64,000 nt of DNA, from the NCBI RefSeq assembly GCF_023055435.1, contig NW_025963957.1, positions 5,022,001 through 5,086,000 on the forward strand, in the 5' to 3' direction. A model generated the notes under the pieces. The model searched no databases. It saw nothing but the letters and a program-made list of their open reading frames with translations, and was not told the DNA's origin. A program made the translations under genes and the position numbers. Source of the stretch: Haliotis rufescens (Eukaryota). This document shows, in pieces, positions 1 to 13,500 of the stretch (position 1 is the first letter of the stretch; every line of letters starts with the position of its first letter).

Positions 1-1345
1 GGTATCATAACGTGCTGGGCCATACAACACAGGGTTGTTATCAGAACGTGCTTGGCAATACAACACAGGGTTGATATCATAACGGGCTGGGCCATACAAC
101 ACAGGGTTGGTACCATAACGTGCTGGGCCATACAACACAGGGTTGGTATCATAACGTGCTTGGCCATACAACACAGGGTTGGTATCATAACGTGCTGGGC
201 CATACAACACAGGGTTGGTACCATAACGTGCTGGGCCATACAACACAGGGTTGTTATCAGAACGTGCCTGGCAACACAACACAGGGTTGGTATCAAAACG
301 TGCTGGGCCATACAACACAGGGTTGGTATCATAACGTGCTTGGCCATACAACACAGGGTTGGTACCATAACGTGCTGGGGCATACAACAGAGGGGTGCTT
401 TCATAACGTGCTTGGCCATACAACACAGGGTTGGTATCATAACGTGCTGGGCCATACAACACAGGGTTGGTACCATAACGTGCTGGGCCATACAACACAG
501 GGTTGATATCATAACGTGCTGGGCCATACAACACAGGGTTGGTATCATAACGTGCTTGGCCATACAGCACAGGGTTGGTATCATAATTAACATGATGGGT
601 ATCACAGGTTTGATATAACAAAATTGGCAACACAGAGTTGATACTATAACGTGCCTGGCAACACAACACAGGGTTGGTACCATAACGTGCTAGGCCATAC
701 AACACAGGGTTGGTATCCTAACGTGCTGGGCCATACAACACAGGGTTGGTACCATAACGTGCTGGGTCATACAACACAGGGTTGGTATCATAACGTGCTG
801 GGCCATACAACACAGGGTTGGTAGCATAACGTGCTGGGCCATACAGCACAGGGTTGGTATCATAACGTGCTTGGCCCTACAATACAGGGTTGGTATCATA
901 ACGTGCTTGGCTATACAATACGGGGTTGGTATCATAACGTTCTTGGCTATACAACACAGGGTTAGTATCATAACGTGCTTTGCCATACAATACAGGGTTG
1001 GTATCATAACGTGCTTGGCTATACAACACAGGGTTGGTATCCTAACGTGCTTGGCCACTCAATACAGGGTTGGTATCAAAATGTTCTTGGCTATACACCA
1101 CAGGGTTGGTATCATAACGAGCTTGGCCATACAACGCAGGTTGGTATCATAACGTCCCTTTGCAACAGGTTTGGTATCATAATTAACATGATTTGTATCA
1201 CAGGTTTGATATAACAAAATTGGCAACACAGAGTTGATACTACAACGTGCCTGGCAACACAGCACAGGGTTGGTATCCTAACGTGCTTGGCCATACAACA
1301 CAGGGTTGGTATCCTAACGTGCTTGGCAACACAGCAAAAGGTTGC
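1..1345. repeat. 36-bp minisatellite (ggtatcataacgtgcttggccatacaacacagggtt)
   Basis: More than 30 copies, with the same variant block recurring near 585 and 1180. Confidence 0.97.
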
Positions 1346-1430
1346 ACACCACCAACGGTTGATATTATTCGTGATTGACGTTGCGGGGCGTCATGGTTCG
1401 TCTGAACACGTTGTAACCTTTGTGTTGTAG

Positions 1431-1562
1431 ACGTGTCGACCTTGACCTTCTTGGAGCCATACATCCAGCAGATAGACGAGACTGCCTATGAAATCGTCGG
1501 CAAGTCCCACGTACCTTTACAGGGGGAGAAGGCAATCTGCAGACGGCGGGAATGCAATCTTG
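1431..1562 (+). CDS. NT5E: 5'-nucleotidase exon ([11 protein letters not shown]...RRECNLG)
   Basis: ttgtag| acceptor, G|gtgagg donor, ECNLG motif. Confidence 0.88.
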
Positions 1563-4500
1563 GTGAGGATTTGGATCGACAGAACTTTCCATTGCTGACA
1601 ATTATATCTCCAAATATGGTTTCGTACTGTCAGATAAATATATGTGTTGTTATTGCCGGCTCATAATTTGCAATAATATTTCTAGCAGATACTGTACCAT
1701 GTGTAGTCACAAAGTATTAGGTTTATAAATTATAGTGACCTTCTTGAGAGGGATGTGGGAAACTCCAAGCCCAAGGTTTCACAAGCAATGATAATCCTAC
1801 AACTTGACACCCCTATTACACTTGGACCCGCTCTGAGAGCATTTGCAGCCCGATTGCATGTAAATGCACGTGCACATTCCTGAAAGTTAGTAATACTGAA
1901 TCGTGTAATAACATCATCCATGGATATATTACATAATAAACTCAAAACACACACCGCAAATACCGGGTATAATCCCCCTTTAGAAAAAATGCACCGATCA
2001 CGACCGCCATCTTAGAAAACTACAATAATTTATTGTCGAATTACGTCAATTTTTTTAGCTATGACGTCGTTCCTAGTGTGACGACATTCCGACCTTACGT
2101 CGCATTATAGCTAAAATGGATAGAATTATCATTAAACCGCCCGCATGTTATCAGAAATGAGCGGGCCACTGTAACTTCAATAGTGACGTCGTCTGGTTTG
2201 TTCTCTGACGTTTCCATATTTGTAAAAGTGGGCCAGTGACATTCGTGTTGTTTGCAGTAAATGTTTCCAAACCGATATTGTTTCTTTTTATCTTACAGCA
2301 AATTCCATCAATTTTAGCTATAATGAGGGTAACGCTATTTTTCAGGGCATTATCATTTACAGAAGCCCTCGGTCTTTTCAACAGCCCTGCTTCGTCGGTC
2401 AGTTAATTGAAGACCTCGGGCTTCTGCAAATGATAATGCCCTGAAAAATAGCGTTACCCTTATAATAAGATTCGAGTGACGTCAACAATGCCGTCCGGAT
2501 GACTAACTAATACACTGGTGCGCGTGAAGTAATATTTGCACTAGTGCACATGTGATTTTTATGAACTCGATGGGTAATACAATATTTTCATTACCTGTTC
2601 ATTCCGTGCTGTGTATTGTTGTTACTGCCAGATGAAGTAAAACACATTGTCGTTACCGTCACATAATGTAATGTGTGTTGTCAACTCGATAGGCAATGTG
2701 ATCACAGACAGCATGGTAAAACAAAACATCAAGCATTCCGACTCCCTCTACTGGAACAACGTCAGCATCGCCATCACCAACTCAGGGGGCATCAGATCCT
2801 CTATCCCCAAAGGTGAGACAATCTCCTATCCCCAAAAGTGAAATAAGTTCCTGTCCCCAAAGGTGAAATAATCTCCTATCCCCAAAGGTGAAATAATCTC
2901 CTATCCCTAAATGTGAAATTATTTCCTATCCCCAAGGTGAAATAATCTCCTATCCCCAAAGGTAAAATAAATTCCTGTCCCCAAAGGTGAAATAATCTCC
3001 TAGCTATCCCCAAAGGTGAGACAATCTCCTATCCCCAAAGGTGAAATAATCTCCTAGCTATCCCCAAAGGTGAGACAATCTCCTATTCCCAAAGGTGAAA
3101 TAATTTCCTATCCACAAAGGTGAAATAATCTCCTTCCCCAAGGCTAAGACAATCTCTTATTCCCAAAGGTGAAATAATTTCATATCCCCAAAGGTGAAAT
3201 AATCTCCTATCCCCAAAGGTGAAATAATTTCCTATTCCTAAAGGTGAAATAATCTCCTATCTCCAATGGTGAGACAATCTCGAATCCCCAAAGGTGAGAT
3301 AATCACCTATCCCCAAAGGTGAAATAATTTCCTATCCCCCAAGATGAGACCACCTCCTATCCCCAAAGGTGAGACAACCTCCTATCCCTAAAGGTGAGCC
3401 TCTCTCTAAAGTCAACTCGCCCCCACCATGTGCTTTGAACTCCAAACCTACTGTTGTCTCAATGGTTCTCATCGCCAGTGTCACTGGATTTACATTGTTT
3501 GATTCTGGAATACATTAGCTCCCCACTAACGAATGCATATTGTATGATGATCCGTCATCCTCACCCGATGGCGTGGATCGCTAGTCAACTATGCCAATAC
3601 ATGTGTACATAGAACCACGTAGAAACTCGGCGTAAGAGGAGGTCTGGGTAAGAGCCGACTAAAACAGGGCTGGAGTGGTCAGGTTCTGTTCAGATGATTG
3701 TTTTTCACAGTAACCGTTTGCCTGGCCGTTATTAATAATTTCAGCCATTGGTCTCTCTGGTCCACTCAATTTTTACACGGGTGTTAATAAAACTGATATT
3801 TCTGGTTACGGCGTTAACTAACATTCGCTCACTCACAATTTGCCATCTGTAGGTGACATCACCATCGGACAGGTGGCCACTGTTCTCCCCTTCAGTAACA
3901 CTATCGACATCGTAGAACTGTATGGACGCCACATTAAGGCTGCTTTCGAGCACTCGGTGTCGTATCACAACACGGATGAAAGATCCGGGGCCTTTCTACA
4001 AGTATCAGGTATGTTCATTCCCCCATTTCGTCTTGTCATTGTGGGGGGTCGGGTAGACTAGTGGTTAAAGCGTTCGCTCCTCGCGCCGGGACCGGGTTCG
4101 ATTCCCGCACATTCTGGAATATTGCTAAAAGCGGCGTAAAACCATACTCACTCACTCGTTCATAGTAAGTCTGCACAGACACTGGAGCTGGGGTCGACCA
4201 TCGATCTTCTGGTGATTTCCTGAGTGTAAGGTTAACAGTAGGTCAACTATAAAGGGGCGCAACTAGGCTAATCTTAAGTGTAAGCAAAACCAGTTTTACG
4301 ATCTCACCAACGGTCTTTGTGTCCACCCTCCCCAGCAGAATTGTTTTAAATTTAGATGCTCTTAACCGCCTTTTCCTTCATTATGGAGCCGTTTGTGTTA
4401 GATTTTATTTGTAACAATCATTGGTAATTTATTTATTATATTATTTTTATAAGTAATATATGTACGTGCTTCACCAACACATATTCGACTTTCATTCAAG

Positions 4501-7500
4501 AAACATCTGTGATGACAATTAAAACGGTAGCATGTGATGGTTATTTATATTTGTCATATTTTAACGCGGGCCGACCTATCATTGTAATGAAAATAATTTA
4601 GACAATAAATATGTTCGACCATGTAGTTTGAATTTATAATTTACTGAATAGATGGTACATTGAGGTTTACTTATTTTTAAAACATTGTGCTTTTTTAAGG
4701 TGTAAGCAGTTGCATTTCCGCTTCAATTGTAGTTTTGCCCCTGCTATCATTTCCTCCTTTCACGGAACACAAACCACTTGATAGGCTAAGAAATATGGGG
4801 AATCTTGATGATGATGATGGTGATTAACGAGCGCTTCCGGAGGACCTGATTTCGTACTCTGTTGGAAAAGCTTACCGTGTCTTCTGTTGATAAGAATTTC
4901 AGTTGGTTAGTGATGCTCGTTGTTCTGTTTATTTTATAAGCTTAACCTGTTGCCAAGCGACTGATTACGTTTGGCATACTGCTTACCCGTCTCGTGTCCA
5001 CAGGGTTGAAGATTGAGTTTGACATCTCCCGTCCCGTGGGTTCTCGGGTGACCCGACTGCGGGCATTGTGTACCAGATGCGAGGTGCCGATATACGAGGA
5101 CGTTCAGCCAGGTCAGATCTACCAGGTCATAATGCCTTCCTTTATTGCTGATGGAGGGGACTTTTACGACGTCATTAACGACAACAAAGTCAAGCATCAT
5201 CTCATAGGTGAGACCGCCTGTGACGGGAGAATATGTACCAGGTGCAGCAAGTGTGACGCATGTGACAAATGAGACGTGCGTGACGTGCGTGGTTATTGTT
5301 ACATGCGTGGGAATGAGACGTACGTAGTGAATGAGACGTACGTAGTGAATGAGACGTGCGTGTAGCATTACACGTTTTGAAAGTGAAGTGCGTGGCGAAT
5401 GACACGTGAGTGGCGAATGTGACATACGCGGGAATGAGACGTACGTTGTGAAATTAGACTTGCGTGGTGAATGACACGTTTTGAATGTGAAGTGCTTGAC
5501 GAATGTGAAGAACGAAGTGAATGTGACGTGTGTGACCGATGAAGCCATTGTACGTGGCGTGTGTGAATGTGTGACAGCTTTTCTGGGTGTCGCCGCTGTG
5601 GGAAATGTGGCGAGGGTGTGACAGTGTGACGTGTGTGGCTTATGTAACTTGTGTGACGGGTCTGGCGAAAGTACTGTGCGTGAAGTGTCTGTGCGTGACG
5701 AATATAAAACGTGTGTGACGGGTTTGGCGAAATTAACGTGCGTGACAGTGTAGGTGTGTGACGAATGTAAAACGTGTGTGACGGGTCTGGCGAAAGTAAG
5801 CCTGTGTGTGAAGGGTGTGGCGGGCGTGACGTGTGTGGTGAATGTGATGTGTGTGGTGAATGTAACGTGTGTGGTGAATGTGACGTGTATGGTGAATGTA
5901 ACGGGTGTGGTGAATGTAACGTATGTGGTGAATGTGACGTGTGTGGTGAATGTGATGTGTGTGGTGAATGTGATGTGTGTGGTGAATCTAACGGGTGTGG
6001 TGGATGTGACGTGTGTGGTGGATGTGACATGTGTGGTGAATGTGATGTGTGTGGTGAATCTAACGTGGTGAATGTAACGGGTGTGGTGCATGTGATGTGT
6101 GTGGTAAATGTGATGTGTGTGGTGAATGTGATGTGTGTGGTGAATGTAACGTGTGTGGTGAATGTGACGTGTATGGTGAATGTGACGTGTATGGTGAATG
6201 TAACGTGTGTGGTGAATGTAATGGGTGTTGTGAATGTAACGTGTGTGGTGAATGTAACGTGTGTGGTGAATGTAACGTGTGTGGTGAATGTCACGTGTGT
6301 GGTGATTGTAACGTGTGTGGTGAATGTAATGGGTGTGGTGAATGTAACGTGTGTGGTGAATGTAACGTGTGTGGTGAATGTGACGTGTGTGGTACATGTG
6401 ATGTGTGTGGTGAATGTGACGTGTGTAGTACATGTGATGTGTGTGGTGAATGTAACGGGTGTGGTGAATGTGACGTGTATGGTGAATGTAACGTGTGTGG
6501 TGAATGTGACGTGTATGGTGAATGTAACGGGTGTGGTGAATGTAACGTCTATGGTAAATGTGACGTGTGTGGTGAATGTAACGGGTGTGGTGAATGTAAC
6601 GGGTGTGGTGAATGTAACGTGTGTGGTGCATGTAACGTGTGTGGTGAATGTGACGTGTATGGTAAATGTGACGTGTGTGGTGAATGTAACGTGCGTGGTG
6701 AATGTGACGTGTGTGGTGAATGTAACGTGTGTGGTGAATGTAACGGGTGTGGTGAATGTAACGTGTGTGGTGCATGTAACGTATGTGGTGAATGTGACGT
6801 GTGTGGTGAATGTGATGTGTGTGGTGAATGTGATGTGTGTGGTGAATCTAACGGGTGTGGTGGATGTGACGTGTGTGGTGGATGTGACATGTGTGGTGAA
6901 TGTGATGTGTGTGGTGAATCTAACGTGGTGAATGTAACGGGTGTGGTGCATGTGATGTGTGTGGTAAATGTGATGTGTGTGGTGAATGTGATGTGTGTGG
7001 TGAATGTAACGTGTGTGGTGAATGTGACGTGTATGGTGAATGTGACGTGTATGGTGAATGTAACGTGTGTGGTGAATGTAATGGGTGTTGTGAATGTAAC
7101 GTGTGTGGTGAATGTAACGTGTGTGGTGAATGTAACGTGTGTGGTGAATGTCACGTGTGTGGTGATTGTAACGTGTGTGGTGAATGTAATGGGTGTGGTG
7201 AATGTAACGTGTGTGGTGAATGTAACGTGTGTGGTGAATGTGACGTGTGTGGTACATGTGATGTGTGTGGTGAATGTGACGTGTGTAGTACATGTGATGT
7301 GTGTGGTGAATGTAACGGGTGTGGTGAATGTGACGTGTATGGTGAATGTAACGTGTGTGGTGAATGTGACGTGTATGGTGAATGTAACGGGTGTGGTGAA
7401 TGTAACGTCTATGGTAAATGTGACGTGTGTGGTGAATGTAACGGGTGTGGTGAATGTAACGGGTGTGGTGAATGTAACGTGTGTGGTGCATGTAACGTGT

Positions 7501-10500
7501 GTGGTGAATGTGACGTGTATGGTAAATGTGACGTGTGTGGTGAATGTAACGTGCGTGGTGAATGTGACGTGTGTGGTGAATGTAACGTGTGTGGTGAATG
7601 TAACGGGTGTGGTGAATGTAACGTGTGTGGTGAATGTGACGCGTGTGGTGAATGTGACATGTATGGTGAATGTAACGTGTATGGTAAATGTGACGTGTGT
7701 GGTGAATGTAACGTGTGTGGTGAATGTGACGTGTGTGGTGAATGTAACGTGTGTGGTGAATGTAACGTGTGTGGTGAATGTAACGTGTGTGGTGAATGTG
7801 ACGCGTGTGGTGAATGTGACGCGTGTGGTGAATGTGACGTGTATGGTAAATGTAACGTGTGTGGTGAATGTAACGTGTGTGGTGAATGTGACGTGTATGG
7901 TAAATGTGACGTCTGTGGTTAATGGGACGTGTATGGCAAATGTGACGTGTGTGGTGAATGTAACGTGTGTGGTGAATATGACGTGTGTGGTGAATGTGAC
8001 GTGTATGGTAAATGTAACGTGTGTGGTGAATGTGACGTGTGTGGTGAATGTGACGTGTATGGTAAATGTGACGTGTATGGTGAATGTAACGTGTGTGGTG
8101 AATGTAACGAGTGTGGTAAATGTGACGTGTGTGGTGAATGTGACGTGTATGGTAAATGTGACGTGTATGGTGAATGTAACGTGTGTGGTGAATGAAACGT
8201 GTGTGGTGAATGTGACGTGTGTGGTGAATGTGACGTGTATGGTAAATGTGACGTCTGTGGTGAATGTAACGTCTATGGTAAATGTGACGTGTGTGGTGAA
8301 TGTAACGTCTATGGTAAATGTGACGTCTGTGGTGAATGCGACGTGTATGGTGAATGTAACGTGTGTGGTGAATGTAACGGGTGTGGTGAATGTAACGTGT
8401 GTGGTGCATGTAACGTGTATGGTGAATGTGACGTGTGTGGTGAATGTAACGTGTGTGGTGAATGTAACGTGTGTGGTGAATGTAACGTGTGTGGTGAATG
8501 TGACATGTGTGGTGAATGTGACGTGTATGGTAAATGTGACGTGTATGGTGAATGTAACGTGTGTGGTGAATGTGACGTGTATGGTAAATGTGACGTGTGT
8601 GGTGAATGTAACGTCTATGGTAAATGTGACGTCTGTGGTGAATGTGACGTGTATGGTAAATGTGACGTGTATGGTGAATGTAACGTGTGTGGTGAATGTA
8701 ACGTGTGTGGTGAATGTGACGTGTGTGGTGAATGTGACGTGTATGGTAAATGTGACGTGTGTGGTGAATGTAACGTCTATGGTAAATGTGACGTCTGTGG
8801 TGAATGTGACGTGTATGGTGAATGTAACGGGTGTGGTGAATGTAACGGGTGTGGTGAATGTAACGTGTGTGGTGCATGTAACGTGTATGGTGAATGTGAC
8901 GTGTGTGGTGAATGTAACGTGTGTGGTGAACGTAATGGGTGTTGTGAATGTAACGTGTGTGGTGAATGTGACGTGTATGGTGAATGTGACGTGTGTGGTG
9001 AATGTGACGTCTGTGGTGCATGTAACGTGTGTGGTGAATGTAACGTGTGTGGTGAATGTGACGTGTATGGTGAATGTAACGTGTGTGGTGAATGTGACGT
9101 GTATGGTGAATGTAACGTGTGTGGTGAATGTAACGTGTATGGCAAATGTGATGTGTATGGTGAATGTGATGTGTATGGTGAATGTAACGTGTATGGCAAA
9201 TGTGACGTGTATGGTGAATGTGATGTGTGTGGTGAATGTGATGTGTGTGGTGAATGTAACGTGTGTGGTGAATGTGACGTGTGTGGTGAATGTAACGTGT
9301 GTGGTGAATGTAACGTGTGTGGTGAATGTGAAGTTTGTGGTGAATGTGACGTGTATGGTGAATGTAACGTGTGTGGTGAATCTAATGGGTGTGGTGAATG
9401 TAACGGGTGTGTTGCATGTGATGTGTGTGGTGAATGTGATATGTGTGGTGAATGTGATGTGTGTGGTGAATGTAACGGGTGTGGTGAATGTGACGTGTAT
9501 GGTGAATGTGACGTGTATGGTGAATGTAACGTGTGTGGTGAATGTAACGGTTGTGGTGAATTTAATGGGTGTGGTGAATGTAACGTGTGTGGTGAATGTT
9601 ATGTGTGTGGTGAATGTGATGTGTGTGGTGAATGTAACGGGTGTGGTGAATGTGATGTGTATGGTGAATGTGATGTGCGTGATGAATGTGATGTGTGTGG
9701 TGAATGTGATGTGTATGGTGAATGTAACGTGTGTGGTGGATATGCTGTGCGTGACGAGTGTAACGAGAGGTAATACTCAAACACATGATACTTATGTGTG
9801 CAGTGACACACACGTATTACATTAAGTGTTTGGGGTCAATTACACGCGTGGTTGTAGTTGTGTTGTTAGTTACACTCACTCACTCCTGTTTTCTTTTCTT
9901 TGGTGTCTGATTACTTCTGTCGATGTAAATGTGAGTAAACATATGGTTGGAACAAGGACAAACAGCGACACGGAGGTTTTTCAGCGGCGTATGACAATGA
10001 ACATGAGAAACGTTAACGAGGGGAAAAAATAATCATCGCATTCAAAAACATCCTAAGATGAACGATCAGCTCTATATCTCAAAGATATTTTTGAGAAATA
10101 TATATGTTTGGGGTAACTGTGGAGTTAAAGGGGTTTAGGTAGGCGGGGCTAATAACAGGGTCGGGTGTGGACGGTGTCAAAAGAAGGGGTATGGGTAGGC
10201 GGGTTGACGCTATGCATGGACGGGTAGAGACGGCGTTAATGGTGAGGTAGTGTGGGCGGGGTTAAATGATGGGGTGATGTTAGGTGGCTGGTGATGATGA
10301 CGGATGTAGACGGGTTAAATGACAGGGTCGGATAAAGGATGAATATGTGATAATAGGGCGGAGGTGGTAAGTTTAGCTGACGGAAGGAGAGTACTTGATC
10401 TGAAAAGATACGGTCAAACGTTTTATAGGACTTGTCTTGACTCCGGTTACCTAGGTTTTCAACAAAAAGCAAGGAGAAGTATTTTACCTGTCATATAGAG

Positions 10501-10546
10501 CGACAACAACACCAAAATTATTATTATTATTATTTTGATGATGAAA

Positions 10547-10594
<48 letters not shown>

Positions 10595-13500
10595 TACAGA
10601 TTAAAAGTAACTCAACCCAGAACCTATCCGAGAATGTGAAGACTCCCCAACACTGTAGCCTTCTGCATTACCCAGATTGTCAGAAGGGCTGTATTTCTGG
10701 TAGCAAACCCGGGTGTCTCCCGATGTCAATCAACAGATTTTGAGGTACCAAACCTACGGCACCGAGAACAATGGGGAGTCGAACAACTTGGTACTTGGGA
10801 TGCAAGCGTGACATTTCGAAAGCGAGGTCTACATATTTGCCATGTTTTTCCTGATTCTTGTCAATCACATTAGTGTCAGAAGGGTCAGAGAATTCAATGA
10901 TATAAATGATTTCATTGGATTTATCCAAAAGGACAAGAACAGGTTTATTGGTCTGATACGTCTGGGGCTGTATACGGGCCTATTCCAAAGAATTTTGTTT
11001 ATATCTTTTTTTCCATGACGCCCTCTACATATTCCGGGTCGTACTATGGATGGACCTCTGTGTCAAAACCACAAGCATGGCGAAAACGGTAACAAAATGA
11101 TCGAGCTACTCCATCATGTCGCTTAAGAAACTGTGTTTGTGCCAAAGCTGGGCATCCACTGACAAGGTGTTGGACAGTCTCATTATGAATTCGAGTGGGA
11201 AGAGACTGGCCCTGAGTAGCAAACAGAAAGCCTTCTGAGTAAGGATAAGAATTTATGGATGAACAACTTCTTTATTACAATAAATCCATAAATTCATCCA
11301 TAAATTCTTATCCTTACGTAGTACTCCAACTTCTAAATGCCTATCAAAGAAAGCCTTCTGCTTCACTTTTCATGCCAGCCTACTTCATCCAAGCGACAGA
11401 CTCTGCGGGGTTGCAGACCTTCTCAACACCCTGCACATAAACTCGATGCAGTGGTCGTTCATATAGCCTCTCCTTAAAAAACTGAGTCTGGGCCGATTTG
11501 AAATGGCACTTCGCTTGNNNNNNNNNNNNNNNNNNNNNNNNNNNNNNNNNNNNNNNNNNNNNNNNNNNNNNNNNNNNNNNNNNNNNNNNNNNNNNNNNNN
11601 NNNNNNNNNNNNNNNNNNNNNNNNNNNNNNNNNNNNNNNNNNNNNNNCTTGACCGGGGACATTGACTCATTTGTACAGTGAAAGCTCGTTATAGACGAAC
11701 GCCCGCCTGTTCATTAAATACGGGCCAATGTTAAATCCGAACGAACCAATATGAACGGTGTCGTCTTGATTAACGGGGTTTTACAGTACTATGCATTCCA
11801 GGACCATCCGGTACAGATATTACACCTGATGGTTCAGTCCTGTGCCAGGCTTGTCTCCATAACATTACTGCATTATAGTTGAAAACTTAAAAAACATGAT
11901 TAATAGATTTAGTGTTTTGACTACGATCGGTCAAAACGGACATGTTACGAAACACAGGTGAGTGGCCTCGTCTACTCGCCACAGTACAGTACGTGACAGT
12001 AAGTGTGGCTGGGAAATGAGTACGACAATATAAGCACTCGGTAGGGACACTGTGTGTGTTGAGTGTGTCAACACACTATCTACAAAGGCGCGGGTCGGTT
12101 TGTTTACTTATTAACATCAGAACGCAGCAAATGGCTCCGGTTTAGTTACAGACAACTCTCACTTACGTTGTGTCGGAGTCCCAGGCAGCACGTCTCGCGA
12201 GTTGCCGCTGAATTAGCTTCGTAACCCTTTTCACTCCCCGCTACACACCCTATATACCAGACCCTCTAAGACCACTACTTCCATGCTACCACTTCAACAC
12301 TGCTGCTACCACCTCGTTACACACCTGATATACCAGACCCTCTAAGACCACTACTTCCTTGCTACCACTTCAACACTGCTGCTACCACCTCGTTACACAC
12401 CTGATATACCAGACCCTCTAAGACCACTGCTTCCATGCTACCACTTCAACACTGCTGCTACCACCTCGTTAAACACCTGATATACCAGGCCCTCTAAGAC
12501 CACTGATTCCATGCTACCACTTCAACACTGCTGCTACCACCTCGTTAAACACCTGATATACCAGGCCCTCTAAGACCACTGCTTCCATGCTACCACTTCA
12601 ACACTGCTGCTACCACCTCGTTAAACACCTGATATACCAGGCCCTCTAAGACCACTGCTTCCATGCTACCACTTCAACACTGCTGCTACCACCTCGTTAC
12701 ACACCTGATATACCAGACCCTCTAAGACCACTGCTTCCATGCTACCACTTCAACACTGCTGCTACCACCTCGTTAAACACCTGATATACCAGGCCCTCTA
12801 AGACCACTGCTTCCATGCTACCACTTCAACACTGCTGCTACCACCTCGTTAAACACCTGATATACCAGGCCCTCTAAGACCACTGCTTCCATGCTACCAC
12901 TTCAACACTGCTGCTACCACCTCGTTACACACCTGATATACCAGACCCTCTAAGACCACTACTTCCTTGCTACCACTTCAACACTGCTGCTACCACCTCG
13001 TTAAACACCTGATATACCAGGCCCTCTAAGACCACTACTTCCATGCTACCACTTCAACACTGCTGCTACCACCTCGTTACACACCTGATATACCAGACCC
13101 CTCTAAGACCACTACTTCCATGCTACCACTTCAACACTGCTGCTACCACCGCGTTACACACCTGATATACCAGACCCTCTAAGACCACTGCTTCCATGCT
13201 ACCACTTCAACACTGCTGCTACCACCTCGTTAAACACCTGATATACCAGACCCTCTAAGACCACTGCTTCCTTGCTACCACTTCAACACTGCTGCTACCA
13301 CCTCGTTACACACCTGATATACCAGACCCTCTAAGACCACTACTTCCATGCTACCACTTCAACACTGCTGCTACCACCGCGTTAAACACCTGATATACCA
13401 GACCCTCTAAGACCACTACTTCCATGCTACCACTTCAACACTGCTGCTACCACCTCGTTACACACCTGATATACCAGACCCTCTAAGACCACTGCTTCCA

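Noticed and set aside
1-1345. 36-bp repeats suggestive of a CRISPR array, and repeat ORFs
   Set aside because: Units are head-to-tail with no unique spacers, the context is a eukaryotic intron, and there are no cas genes.
5368-9825. Very long ORFs (1217-aa His-rich, 1242-aa VVNVTC, CxxC-rich CGECNV metallothionein-like)
   Set aside because: These are translations of an 18-bp satellite that lacks stops in several frames. It lies inside an NT5E intron, has frame-breaking short units and no unique coding flanks.
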